A DNA stretch of 64,000 bases from a virus. Lineage: Duplodnaviria; Caudoviricetes. The first letter of the stretch is position 1; each line of letters opens with the position of its first letter. Made by a program: the position numbers and the translations under genes. The stretch lies in IMG/VR virus record IMGVR_UViG_3300014205_000182, positions 32,001-96,000 of that record; one strand, written 5' to 3'. Under the pieces are notes generated by a model. It worked only from the letters and a program-made list of their open reading frames with translations. It was not told the DNA's origin and ran no database searches. Below, one piece after another: positions 38,870 through 49,695 of this stretch.

Positions 38870-40447
38870 TCACTTCGCCAGACGACGGCGAACCTTCATG
38901 ATCTTCGCCACCAGCGTGGACTTGCCACCCGGAATCTTCGAAGCTCCGTGGATCTTCAGTCGACCCGAGGCGTACTTGCGCAGATTCTCGATAGGCTGCT
39001 CCATAAGCTCGCGAGTGTTCATGCGATCCAGAGGGTAGTCGACCTTTTCGAACATGCTCGTCTGTGCAGCAGTGACCGGTGGGAATTCCTCCTGGGTCGA
39101 CAGCGGCTCGGGCGGCGTCTCCTTCGACTTCGCCATGTCAACGAGGACCTCGGCGACGAGCTTAGTGATGCCGTTCAGTGCTTCGCCCGGCGTGCCGGCG
39201 AACCAGCTCAGTGACGGGAACTCCGCCACGAGTCCGACGTGCTCCTGATCCTCCTCGGACCACCGCACGCGGTAGGTGTACTTCTCAGTCTCAGACTCTT
39301 CATCAATATCATCCACATCGACCTCGTACTCCTCGTCAGGAAGATCCGAGTCATCCGCAACAGCGGTCATATCCTGACCAGACCAGTCGCCAATAACCTC
39401 GTACTCACAGACGCGCATCTTCTGCGCATTGTGGTCCTCAGGGACACACACGACGTTCTCAGGGTCGACACGAACGACCACAGTCGTACCGTAGCCAAAA
39501 CCGTGAGCGTACGAGCGGGCACCGACATGCAGACCGACGTGGCAAGTCTGGCTCGGGTTGTCAGAGATCTGGTTGCGAGGCATCTTGACCACCGCGCCCG
39601 GCTTGTTCGAAATCGTGCCAGAGTACACGTCGAGATAGTCGTCTCGAAGGCCCTTGTATGCCAGGAACGTACCATCCGGCTCGATGGCGATGTTGAGGTG
39701 CTGAAGGAACCCGAAGACCTGCTCACGAGAGCGATAGCTCGGATTCTTGTCCAGGCGCTCGTAGAAGCGCAGCAGCGGAGACGGATCCTGACCAGCGCTG
39801 GCCATCGCGTTGATGCGGTCCGAGAGCGCAGGAGGCAGTGCAGTACCGTTGTACTTCACGACACCGTTGTCCAGAGCGAAGGCAGTACCCAGATACTTCT
39901 GGAGAGCACCACCCGGGGCCAGAAGAGCCGGGATACCTGCCCAGTCCTTTTCCAGAATTGCCTTCTGGATCTGGTTGTACTGGACGGTACCAGCGTGATG
40001 GGTGTGAGGGGTACCGTCAACAAAGACGGTAACAGAATCGCCGGTCATGGAGAATGGAAGTGCGTTTGTCATAGAGGTAATATGCTCACTGTAGATGCGC
40101 CCGTCAAGGGTCGTCAGGCGGTAAACGTTACGATCGATCTCGACCAGGTGAGGGGTGGCAAGCATTGCAAAAAGCGCGCCCGTCATGTGCTCGACAATCT
40201 GCCCGGTAGTGCCCTTTGTACACCCTACAGATTCTGCGAGTTTAGAGATGTCGATCTGAAGCATCTCTGTCTGGGAAACCGACTTCAATTCTTCAATACG
40301 CCATAGGAGATTGACTGCAATCTCGTTGAGAGTACTTCGCCAAAGATGAGGGACTTTGTCCGCATTCAAAGGACGTTCAAGGAATGGGAAAATAGTGGAG
40401 TAGGTTTGCGTACCGAGATCGAGAATAAATTTGTCGGTGTTACTCAC
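38870..40447 (-). CDS. rIIB: rIIB-like protein with an inserted HicB-like domain
   Basis: NPS..FL..DGTFLAYK..MPR..TCHVGLHVG..YA..VDPENVVCVP.D..KMRVCEY core, then YTYRVRWSEEDQEHVGLVAEFPSLSW. Confidence 0.85.
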   Translation of the reverse strand: MSNTDKFILDLGTQTYSTIFPFLERPLNADKVPHLWRSTLNEIAVNLLWRIEELKSVSQTEMLQIDISKLAESVGCTKGTTGQIVEHMTGALFAMLATPHLVEIDRNVYRLTTLDGRIYSEHITSMTNALPFSMTGDSVTVFVDGTPHTHHAGTVQYNQIQKAILEKDWAGIPALLAPGGALQKYLGTAFALDNGVVKYNGTALPPALSDRINAMASAGQDPSPLLRFYERLDKNPSYRSREQVFGFLQHLNIAIEPDGTFLAYKGLRDDYLDVYSGTISNKPGAVVKMPRNQISDNPSQTCHVGLHVGARSYAHGFGYGTTVVVRVDPENVVCVPEDHNAQKMRVCEYEVIGDWSGQDMTAVADDSDLPDEEYEVDVDDIDEESETEKYTYRVRWSEEDQEHVGLVAEFPSLSWFAGTPGEALNGITKLVAEVLVDMAKSKETPPEPLSTQEEFPPVTAAQTSMFEKVDYPLDRMNTRELMEQPIENLRKYASGRLKIHGASKIPGGKSTLVAKIMKVRRRLAK

Positions 40448-40854
40448 GAGGCCCCCACAAACTTCACTGCAAATCCAAGCTTCTTGAGGATCGGAATCAG
40501 CTTCTTCTCGCGTTCCTCTTCCGAAATCAGGGTATCGTCGTTGATCTCCATCGCCGCATCAGTTGCAGCGCGATTCGTCATCTTACGCTGTCCGGTGCTA
40601 CGCGTGACACGCACCAATGGCGAGAGCTTGTCGAGTAGGTAATTGAATCGCGTGTCGCTAATAGCGTCATCGCTAGCGATGTCGTCGGGTGCCGGCCGAT
40701 CGTCGATCGCTTCACGAGTCAGCCCGAGCTTTCGGCAGGCGAACCCAAGGCAACACATGTTGTCTTGTTCGTTGAGAAGGCTCGACATGCCGCCCTTGTT
40801 GCCACGGACCCAGCGAGAACGGTTAATTGTGAGTGGAATCAGTTTCTTCGCCAT
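40444..40854 (-). CDS. CCLG-family protein, copy 3
   Basis: RSRWVRG..SSLL..MCCLGFAC..IND..RE..FV. Confidence 0.75.
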   Translation of the reverse strand: MAKKLIPLTINRSRWVRGNKGGMSSLLNEQDNMCCLGFACRKLGLTREAIDDRPAPDDIASDDAISDTRFNYLLDKLSPLVRVTRSTGQRKMTNRAATDAAMEINDDTLISEEEREKKLIPILKKLGFAVKFVGAS

Positions 40855-41456
40855 CAGATCTTGTGCCTTCCCTTGAACAGGTCAAAAGTACCCTTGTTGC
40901 TGATAATATTCTCCATGATCATCAGCAGCCGCTTCTTCTTCGAAGAAGTACGAAAAATCGGAGAGTGCTTGAGCACGATGTCAGGCATCGCCACTTGCTG
41001 TGAATGGTGTTCACCCTGAGTATCTTCATACCAGCGCTCAAAAACCGTCTCGATCAGGTCCAGCTGCTTGGACGTAAACCAGCGCTTGAGGTAAGCGACC
41101 TGGTTGTCACGTTCAGCACCAAAATTGAAATCCTTCAGCTTGAGCTTGTCTGCGTTGATCACAGCACCAGCAAACAAGCTACCGATACCACAAACCTGGC
41201 AAGAAGCCTGCGCTATGCAGTTACTCATATCCAGATTTTGGACACTATCGTCATACTCGTTATCAACCGAACGATTGAATTCAAAATAGGTACTGGTCGG
41301 AACAAAGCGCCCAACCTTCACCTGAGCAATGACGTCCTTTGCAATCGCGATGCGTTGCTGAGCACGTGTGAGCTTGCGGAACTTGGCGTTACGCCGCTTG
41401 AGAGCGGTTTGAATTGCTTCGAACCGTGGACCTGAGGTAACAATGTTTCTAGTCAT
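40854..41456 (-). CDS. CQVCGIG-family protein, copy 3
   Basis: Same motifs as copy 1; has its own leaderless promoter. Confidence 0.8.
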   Translation of the reverse strand: MTRNIVTSGPRFEAIQTALKRRNAKFRKLTRAQQRIAIAKDVIAQVKVGRFVPTSTYFEFNRSVDNEYDDSVQNLDMSNCIAQASCQVCGIGSLFAGAVINADKLKLKDFNFGAERDNQVAYLKRWFTSKQLDLIETVFERWYEDTQGEHHSQQVAMPDIVLKHSPIFRTSSKKKRLLMIMENIISNKGTFDLFKGRHKI

Positions 41457-41474
41457 ACATCCTTTGTAGTCACT

Positions 41475-43517
41475 CTAGGGAACGAGCGCAAGGGCCGGCT
41501 TGCGATTAGCGTTGCGTTCGTCAACAATCTGAACATACTCAATCCAGTGAGCCGGCTCATTATGCCAGGTCTTCCAGAGATTCACGATGTTACCACCGCG
41601 AAGAAGAGGGTAGCTGTCCGTGATCAGTTTGTAGGCCATACCTGCCTCAGAATCCTTGTAGTAAACCTTGGCGCGGTCTGCCAGAAGCTCCGTCAGACCG
41701 TTAGTCTTGGCAGCGTTCTCACGGGTGATCATCTGGCAAATCGGGTGAGTGTCACCCAGAGCAGCAGCCAGAGCCTTCGCACCGTCACTCTCGTCGGCAT
41801 CAGGCCAGCTAAACCAGTCGCTATCCCCCTGGGGCTTGTGCCAGAAGTGATCCTGAATCTTCGCCAGGTTGTCTGGAGTAAGCAGCGAGGTGATAAACGT
41901 GTCACGCCAAGTGTAATACTCGACACCCTTCATTCCGGTAGCAGGCTTCTTCTCAGAAGTCTTGTACCCGTAAATCACGGGCATCGTCGTGCCAAACTCC
42001 TTGGCAAGCTTGCGATCTTCCAGGTACTCCTTGAAGAAAGAGTCACGCTCATGCGACGTGAACCCAGAGATCAGCAGATAAACGTCGGTGTCCTCGGGAA
42101 TCCGGTCAACCGTCGTCCAGTGATCCGACAGAGGCGAGGGAAAACTGTTCTTGGTTGCATCCAGAGTGAACATCCGAGCCTTGTGCTTCGGGTTCACGAC
42201 CTTCTTCTGCTTGACCGGACCAGCATTCCACGACAGGGTGCTCAGAAGGATAATCGTGGCACCCGTGAGCCCGGAATCCGTCAGAGCCTGCTCCAGCAGA
42301 GCCTGCGTGTCAGCAGGCGTCCTATTCTCACCACGAACAACGTAGTCATCCGGCGTGAGATAGTAGCCATCCAGCTTCTTGCCGGTGTCATCAATAATCA
42401 GACGGGTCTTCGACGTCACGGTAATGCGCGTCGTGACCGTGGAATTGTGGAGCAGAACGAACGTACCAGGAGCGTAGGTGACCTTGGCAGTCTGGAACGC
42501 AAGATCCTTGTACTCCTCAGGAAGTGGCAGGCCCATCGTAGCGAGAACCTGAACCTTGAGGCGCTTATCCCACTCCGAGACGCCAGGCTTTTCCAGGTCA
42601 ACCAGAGCCTTCATCACGTACTCATCGACGAGATCGTTGAACTTCTGAACCAGTGCAGCCTTCGTGGCCGACGAGTACTTAAGCTCCTCGCGAGAGGTGG
42701 AGATCTGAACGTCACCAATGTTGAAGAACAGCGAGCCAGAAAGCGTGCTCAGGCAGCGAGCAACCAGCGACTGATCCAGCTGTGCCAGGTTGACACGGTA
42801 CGGGACGCAGCCCATGATCGCGATCCACTCGGAGTTATCGTACTGACCCTTCTTGACAATTGCACCGTGGGTCAACACAGTCTGCTCTGCTGGTTCCGAC
42901 GGAAGCGAAATGTTGATCTCGGGGCGAGGTGAGAAGTGGCGGTAGAGATCGCGAGCCTTCCGCTCGAAATCATAGAGATCTTCCGAGCGAACCGCGATGA
43001 TAATCTCGACGCCAGTCTCGCTAGGATCGCAAGGAGTCTCAGCGAGCAGGGCAAACTGACCCTTCTCAGACTCGTCCATGAAAGCGTTATAGGTACGCTT
43101 CCACCCGCCGTGCCAAGAAATCACAGTGAACGTGTCGGAGTAGGCAAAGCCAGACTTCGAACCGATCCCGAGCATGCCAACCGCATCGTTGGTATCACGC
43201 TTCGTAGAATTGCCGTAGGCACAGAAGATATTGAACGCATCCTCATGCGAGAGGCCGGGACCGTAGTCCCGAATGCGCAGCGTCGAGTCGTACCGCGTTG
43301 GGATCGTCACCTTGATCGGAACGTCGCCCTTGCCAACCATCTTGTGGGCGTCCCACGCGTTGGCAGAGTACTCACGGAGGACGGCAAGCACCTTATCGGT
43401 GTAGATACCGTCGCGAAGCATACCCATGATGGCAGCTTCATTGGCCTTGGAGATGTGGAAAGAGGTGGAGTCGAGGTTGCTGCTCAGCGTCGAGCGCGTT
43501 TCAATGGTCGGCTTCAT
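41475..43517 (-). CDS. rIIA: rIIA-like protein (GHKL ATPase N-terminus)
   Basis: IYTDKVLAVLREYSANAWDAH, IRDYGPGLS, GMLGIGSKS and SREELKY; lies upstream of rIIB. Confidence 0.88.
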   Translation of the reverse strand: MKPTIETRSTLSSNLDSTSFHISKANEAAIMGMLRDGIYTDKVLAVLREYSANAWDAHKMVGKGDVPIKVTIPTRYDSTLRIRDYGPGLSHEDAFNIFCAYGNSTKRDTNDAVGMLGIGSKSGFAYSDTFTVISWHGGWKRTYNAFMDESEKGQFALLAETPCDPSETGVEIIIAVRSEDLYDFERKARDLYRHFSPRPEINISLPSEPAEQTVLTHGAIVKKGQYDNSEWIAIMGCVPYRVNLAQLDQSLVARCLSTLSGSLFFNIGDVQISTSREELKYSSATKAALVQKFNDLVDEYVMKALVDLEKPGVSEWDKRLKVQVLATMGLPLPEEYKDLAFQTAKVTYAPGTFVLLHNSTVTTRITVTSKTRLIIDDTGKKLDGYYLTPDDYVVRGENRTPADTQALLEQALTDSGLTGATIILLSTLSWNAGPVKQKKVVNPKHKARMFTLDATKNSFPSPLSDHWTTVDRIPEDTDVYLLISGFTSHERDSFFKEYLEDRKLAKEFGTTMPVIYGYKTSEKKPATGMKGVEYYTWRDTFITSLLTPDNLAKIQDHFWHKPQGDSDWFSWPDADESDGAKALAAALGDTHPICQMITRENAAKTNGLTELLADRAKVYYKDSEAGMAYKLITDSYPLLRGGNIVNLWKTWHNEPAHWIEYVQIVDERNANRKPALALVP

Positions 43518-43918
43518 GACATCACCATAAGCATGTAGGGGAAGGTCGTCAAGGGCTAGCGAGGGCCGAGGTAGTCAATGTGTCCGTTGAATCGATTCAC
43601 ACGGGCGATACCCCCACGAGGATTGACGATCGTGAAGAACTTGCCACCCTCGCGAAGTTTCACTAACATCTGGTACTTCCATTCAGCTTTGTCACGAATG
43701 CGCTGGTCTTGAGACCGCCATTTACCACGATGGTGTGTGCGCTTAGCATCTACGTATGCAAGAACCAGAGCATTCGGCCCGTCTTGTGCTTCGAAGATCC
43801 CAGCCAGAAGGTCTAGTTTTCCATGCTCTGCTTTCTTTTGCCAAACAGTAAGCCCGCAACGAAACCTAGATCGACTTGGGCGATTATCGTCGTTATGATG
43901 TCTAGTACGACTCATCGC

Positions 43919-44000
43919 GCTCGGGGAAGGGCTCGCACCTTCCAGTATGTCTCACCGTTACCGGACATGAGACGGCCGGGCGTTACTCCCCGGACCAAGC
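43919..44000 (-). ncRNA. Putative 82-nt tRNA-like cloverleaf RNA
   Basis: GCTTGG/CCGAGC closing stem, CCGGG/CCCGG arm, GTCTCA/TGAGAC arm and GGAAGG-TGCGAGC-CCTTCC T-like arm. Confidence 0.5.
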
Positions 44001-46494
44001 AAGAATTAGTACATGAACTTTTTGAGTTCTTCGCAGAGCTTGTAGCCAATGAGTTGCGGTAGTGTAGCAACACCAACTTTCTCGTCGTAGGAACGGTGAG
44101 GATGATCGATTTCCTCCATCAGATCACCATTATCGGCCACCCACTGGTCGTGCCCCAGACCGGCCTTGGCACGGATAATGTCAATAGCGGCTTTGATGAT
44201 ATCAGAGTCACGAACCTCGATGTTCACGATCTGTGACTGTGTACCGTTGATCTTCATTTCTTCTCCGCTCGATACTTCTCGACATCAGAATACCCCTGCG
44301 CCTTAGCCACTTCTTCATCCTTCGGAGCCGTGAGTACCTTGGCCCTGAATTCAGAACCATAAGCGTAAGGCAGAAGATTGCCCAGACGGTCATGAACATT
44401 CTCAGGCGTGATATCAAAACCGTCCTCGACCCAGGTCTCGGCGACTTCGATTTGAATGGTCCACTTGTAGAACTTCATTCGTCCACCGTCATAGCCATGC
44501 GATAGGCGTGCCCGACATCTTCCATGTCGGTACCACCACTATAGATTACCCACGGCTCTTCCGGGAAATCGTTACCACGAGCCATACGGACGCTGTGGTA
44601 CACGTCTTTGTGTGTGTCTGTCTCCAACCATGCCGCCCCCATGGCGCAACACGAGTCGGCGCCATCAGGACCGGTGTCTATCCCGCCACATGGCTCACCC
44701 TTCTTAAGGTAGGCTGCTCTCTCGGCGAACTTCATGTTGTAGGCGTGAGCATTCTGGATTAGCTTAGCCAAAAGAAGCTCCTTGGCGTCTGTGCTCTTGG
44801 CGGGGCCGAATGTCTTTTGCTTCATTTGTTCCTCAGAGAGTAAATCAGTTGCTGAATTCGTCGTTTAGTTACGTGATGACCGATTCGCTTGCACTCTGGT
44901 CCAACGTAGATAGCTCCGTCAAGTAGCTTGCAGCGGCAAGGGTCACCGTGCTGTATCACCACCTTGCGTCCGTCTGGATCCATACTAACCATCGAGAGGG
45001 AAGGCGTCAAGTCCACAGGCCAGAAGAAACGACGCCCTTTCGCCTGGCACAATCACTTCATCAGCAATTGCTAGAGCAGTAGCGCGAATTCCTGCCTGGT
45101 ACTCAAGCTCGAAATTACACTGCCGTGCGCGGTTTACTGCATTAGAAATCACGAGGTGCTTGCGAGAGAGAGGGGTGCGAGGGGGCCTCACTTCTTTCTC
45201 CCCTTACGTTCCGATTCTCGCCGCTCTGTCTGAATAACTTCGCCCATTGCCATCAGGAGTTGGCCAAAGTAAAGCACCATTTGCTGCTGCTGATCGCGAC
45301 TAATCAGGTAGTTGTCATTGACGTCACGGACGAGTGCTGTTAGCTCTCGCTGGAGATGGTCCGCGTAGCGTTTCACGTCGTCCTGACGGATTTCTCGCTC
45401 CGTCCATGCACGCGGTTTATCAGCCACGGTAGCCCTCCCAGAGCACCTTGCCGCAGCGCTCGCAGATTCCACAGGTCATTTTTTGACGTTCTTTGTGACC
45501 AAACAGCTTGCAAATGAGGTCATAGATCTTCATCGTACCACCCGAGCTTTCGGAAAAACGTAGCGAAGCTTAGCCCACTCTTCGCGGAAGTGTTTACACC
45601 ACTGAGCCCACGAAGCGTACTTCAGACCGTTCAGGTCCAGGTACACGATAAAAGCGATACATGAAGGTACCAGGAAGAAATAGACTACACTGAACCAGAA
45701 AGCGTAAGTCATGCAAACCTCACATCCCTTGAAACCTGGTCCACGTTAGCAGGCCTAGTGTGATCGTGAACAAAGTAAAAGTAGTAATGCCCCAGTGGAG
45801 ACTTCTTCATCGTTGAGGTGTAAGACAACCTTGGCCAACCGCCCCTGTAAAAGTGCTTAGCGTACGGGTCTTCGGGCCACTTACTCACGCTCGTACTCCT
45901 GCGAATCGTCCCAAGCATCAGCAGCCTTGTCAGCCGCCATTTCTGCTGCGTACTCCTCGACATCCTTGGGACAGTCACCAGTGCCGAACCAGTAGCCCTC
46001 AGGGATCCCACAGCCGGGATCCTTACCCTCATACTCGCAGGAGACTACAGAGTCAACCGGAATACCACCGTCACGGAAGTGCCAGGTAACGACGTACTCG
46101 TCGTCACCAAGGTCGATGCACTCGTCGATTTCGATGTTCTTGCTTCGCATAGAGCTAATGTAAGCACGAGGAGAACCGTTTGTCAGGTATCGGTGGGGTA
46201 GCCAAACCCCCAAATCATTCTTGCAGCCACATCGCGCAAGAACTGGTCATCTTCACAACGAAGTTCCCAATCGGAACCTGGGCCGGTACTAGTGCCTGGC
46301 AAATCCTGAGCCAGCAACGGCAGATCTTCCTTGATCGAAGCTAGTGACGCGTGAACGTCAATTTGGATCATACCCTGACTATTGCGAATCTCGTACCAGT
46401 AGTTCTGTTTACGTCGGTTGAAATCCCAGTCTACTTCGTAACCGAGGCTACGGAAGTAGTCGACGACTTCACTTTTTGCAGGAATCATGAGAGC

Positions 46495-46556
46495 AATGTA
46501 AGCATCGCGAAGGCTGGCGTCAACCCCTTGACATACGAGCCGATGGTGTTTAGGCT
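46495..46556. promoter_or_regulatory. Back-to-back divergent leaderless sigma-70-like promoters
   Basis: Minus: TTGACG-17-TACATT-6-ATG(46488). Plus: TTGACA-17-TAGGCT-6-GTG(46563). Confidence 0.75.
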
Positions 46557-48041
46557 GGTAGGGTGAAGAACGATCTCGCTAGTATGTTCAGCAGTCTCAG
46601 AAACAGACTTTCCGAGGAGTTGAGCACCGCTCACGACTTGTGGACCTGGCTCCCATCCTACAAGGTGGCGCAGAAGAATCACGGTGACTACGCTAGTGAG
46701 TATTGTCCGTGTGTCAAGGACGTGATGGTGGAGGCTGCGATGTTCATCGCTGTGTTGAAAGCAGAACCTCTGCGGGACTACACCCTTGATGAAAAAGACT
46801 GGTTCAACCGTTGCCCTTGTGGCGAGGAGCATGTTGATGAGTAACTGGCTTGAAACTGAAGCCGAATCCGAGATCAAGCACGGAGACGATGACTCCCAGG
46901 AGATCACCTATCAGGGGATGCTCCTGAAGGCTGGCGCAATCGAGTACGGAGACACTGTGCAGGGGCAGGAAGAACTCGCTGCCAAGCTGGCGATTCTCAA
47001 GATCCAGGAAGAGGAGAACGCCAAAAAGGCAGCCCTCAAGGCCCAAGAAGAGGAACGCCTGAAGACTCAGATGGTTCCTATCATCTGTTCCTGTGGCTCC
47101 ATGAAGTGCTACGCAATTCGCTGGTACGGACTCCCTAAGCCTGTGTATCAGGAGCACATCAAGCCTCTACCTATGATGCTGAAGGATCCGACGGCTGCTC
47201 GGATGAAGGCGAGTTATGGATAATGTCTATCATCACGGCACGTTTCGACTCAATTTGTTCGATTTGTAGAAAGCTTATCTCCAAAGGAGATCAGGTAGAG
47301 TGGTCTCCAGGTTCGTATGCCAAGCATGTGGCCTGTGTGGCACAGGTTGTGAAGACCGGTCCGCCGCTTACACCACCACAGGCAGTGAATATCGACGATC
47401 TTTTCTCAACCCCTATGACTGAATTTAGGGTAGGCAGCTTAAAGCTAGACGAGTGGCCAACAAATGGCGCACCAGATACCCGCACCGACTACTCTATCGA
47501 AGGCGTTGCTAAGGCGCAAGTCAGGCGAGCGCAAGAAGCGTTCATGACAGCGATGTACCTACGATTTATTGAGCTAACCAAAAAGATCGTACTCCTATGG
47601 GCAGAGAATTTGTCGGACACAGAACTTCGCGTCGTAATGCTAGAGTTGCGCGAGGTCCCATTACCCGTAATCCGAAGCTAGCTACAGCTTGTAGCCGACG
47701 ATTTGCTTGATACGCAAACGTGTATCGCACGCGGCCAAGTCCGTACAGCGGCCACGATTACCAATCTTGGTGGGTTTTACACCAGAACCCCAATTGCCGC
47801 ACATCCAGCACTCAAGTGTCTTGGGTACCCACTCGCGGGGTTTATCGCCCATGAGCAGCATTCCAGGCGTTCATGTGAGATTGCCAGATCCGCCCAGCCG
47901 CGCCTGTTAGAGACTTCTCAGGCCATGGTAGATCTTCTAGCGAGTAGTCGAGCGCTTTTTGAGTGCGCAGGATGCGATCCTCCGCTTCAAAAAGCAGTAT
48001 TTCCGCTTCGGCTAGTGGGAACCGCTTTGCTTGTTCGCCGG

Positions 48042-48689
48042 TCATGCCGCCTCATCGGGGATGTAGAGGTTTGTGGCGTTGTCCTTGTGGAGACTTACGT
48101 CTGGTGGGAAGGTGTAGCGATCCTCCAAATAATCCCCCGTCATGGGGTCTTTGTCGCGCCACTTGTCCAAGCTAAAGGTGTAGGTGATATAGTGTAGGCC
48201 CTTCTTACTAGGAACGGTAGCAACGAGGTGTGGCTGCTTGCTACGAGCGTCTGGCGTGGCCAGCCACTTTCCAAACGCCTCCGATTCACTTGAAATTCTA
48301 TCGACGTCAAACATCCAAAGCTTCTTGTTGGGCGTGACGATGCCGCAGGCTCGGGTATAAAGTGACTTCATGCCGGCAAAATTCCCAGTCAACGAAGCGT
48401 CCACCACCAGGCGCGTGAACTCGGCGCCCACCTTCTTGAAGCTACGCGTCGAAAGTCGAGTGTATGCTCGGACCTTCAGTGCATCACAAAGCGCCACCAT
48501 TTGCGGCATGTGGCGGTCAAAGTCTGCAAGTGACCGGTGATAGAAAGTCTTCACAATCCGCACTCCGTTGTTCCCGACGCGCTTTGTGCGGTCAAGAAGC
48601 TCGGTGTACAGAAAGTGATCTCCGTTAGAATCCAGGCCTAGCTCCTCGCCAGGAAGAAAGCGTTTTACGAGGTCGTAGTTGTTAATCAC
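48042..48689 (-). CDS. AEP/primase-like fold protein
   Basis: WMFDVD (DxD) and TVPSKKGLHY (SxxGxH) motifs. Confidence 0.55.
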   Translation of the reverse strand: MINNYDLVKRFLPGEELGLDSNGDHFLYTELLDRTKRVGNNGVRIVKTFYHRSLADFDRHMPQMVALCDALKVRAYTRLSTRSFKKVGAEFTRLVVDASLTGNFAGMKSLYTRACGIVTPNKKLWMFDVDRISSESEAFGKWLATPDARSKQPHLVATVPSKKGLHYITYTFSLDKWRDKDPMTGDYLEDRYTFPPDVSLHKDNATNLYIPDEAA

Positions 48690-49143
48690 CCTCTCAAGCT
48701 AAGCACCGGGCAGCGAAAGTCAAGTGTAACCTCGCGCAGCGAGAAGGCTTGACACGGGCACTGGGAGTGATTACTGTTGGAAACATGGACTACTCAAAAA
48801 CTATAAAGCATATGGAAGACGAGATGTCGAAGGGTATCTTCGAAACACTCACCAGCCAGTCAAAGATTCCGTATCCAGGGAAACTGTCACCCCACCAAAA
48901 GGAATGCCCTGTTGGTCGAGTAGGAGACGGCTCTGCCACCAAAGCAATTCTGGCTAAGTATCTAGACAACATGCGCGAAGCTGTGAACCCGGACGGAAGT
49001 CCTCGCCGTTGGAAACTTACCGGCCAGGAGAAGCTGATTGCTCGCGACGCTTGGGCCAGGCAGCTTGCTGCTCTTCAGACCGAGCAAAAGGCTAAGGATG
49101 CCAGTCGTGAAGTGACCGTGGTTACACAGAGTGAGGATGACTG

Positions 49144-49695
49144 ATGACGGTATTTTTCACCTCAGATACTCACTACGGCCACGCTAACATCATCAAGTTT
49201 AGCGAACGTCCCTTCTCTTCTGTTGAAGAGATGGACGAGGCAATGATCACAAACTGGAATGCTGTTGTCAAGCCCGGGGATCTCGTCTACCACCTCGGCG
49301 ACTTCTCGTTCGCTAACCGAGACCGAACCATCAAGATCGCTAAGCGTCTTGCAGGACAGAAGTTTCTGGTCTACGGTAATCACGACAAGGCAATGCGTCG
49401 TGACCGTGAGTTCAACGAGCAGTGGCAGTGGACCCGAGATCTCACGCAGATCGAGGTCGAGGGCCAGAAGATCACGCTCTGCCACTTCGCTATGTTGACT
49501 TGGAATCAAAGCCATCGCGGAGCGTGGAATCTCCACGGGCACTCCCACGGCAATCTCACGGACGACCCTAACGCGCTACGAATTGACGTAGGGGTCGACT
49601 GCTTCAACTACGCACCAGTTTCGTTCGAAGAAGTTCAAGCCATTATGGCCAAGAAGACGTTCAAACCAATCGACCACCACGGAGACAGGAGCTAG
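49144..49695 (+). CDS. Calcineurin-like metallophosphoesterase
   Basis: SDTH, HLGDF, GNHD, LCH and HGHSH. Confidence 0.92.
   Translation: MTVFFTSDTHYGHANIIKFSERPFSSVEEMDEAMITNWNAVVKPGDLVYHLGDFSFANRDRTIKIAKRLAGQKFLVYGNHDKAMRRDREFNEQWQWTRDLTQIEVEGQKITLCHFAMLTWNQSHRGAWNLHGHSHGNLTDDPNALRIDVGVDCFNYAPVSFEEVQAIMAKKTFKPIDHHGDRS

Noticed and set aside
39239-42932. Long plus-strand ORFs 39239-40306 and 41547-42932
   Set aside because: Antisense shadows of rIIB and rIIA with no recognisable motifs.
38617-44000. Canonical tRNA or tmRNA genes
   Set aside because: No TTC T-loop, no 7-nt anticodon loop and no tmRNA-like GGGG 5' end or length; kept only as tRNA-like candidates.
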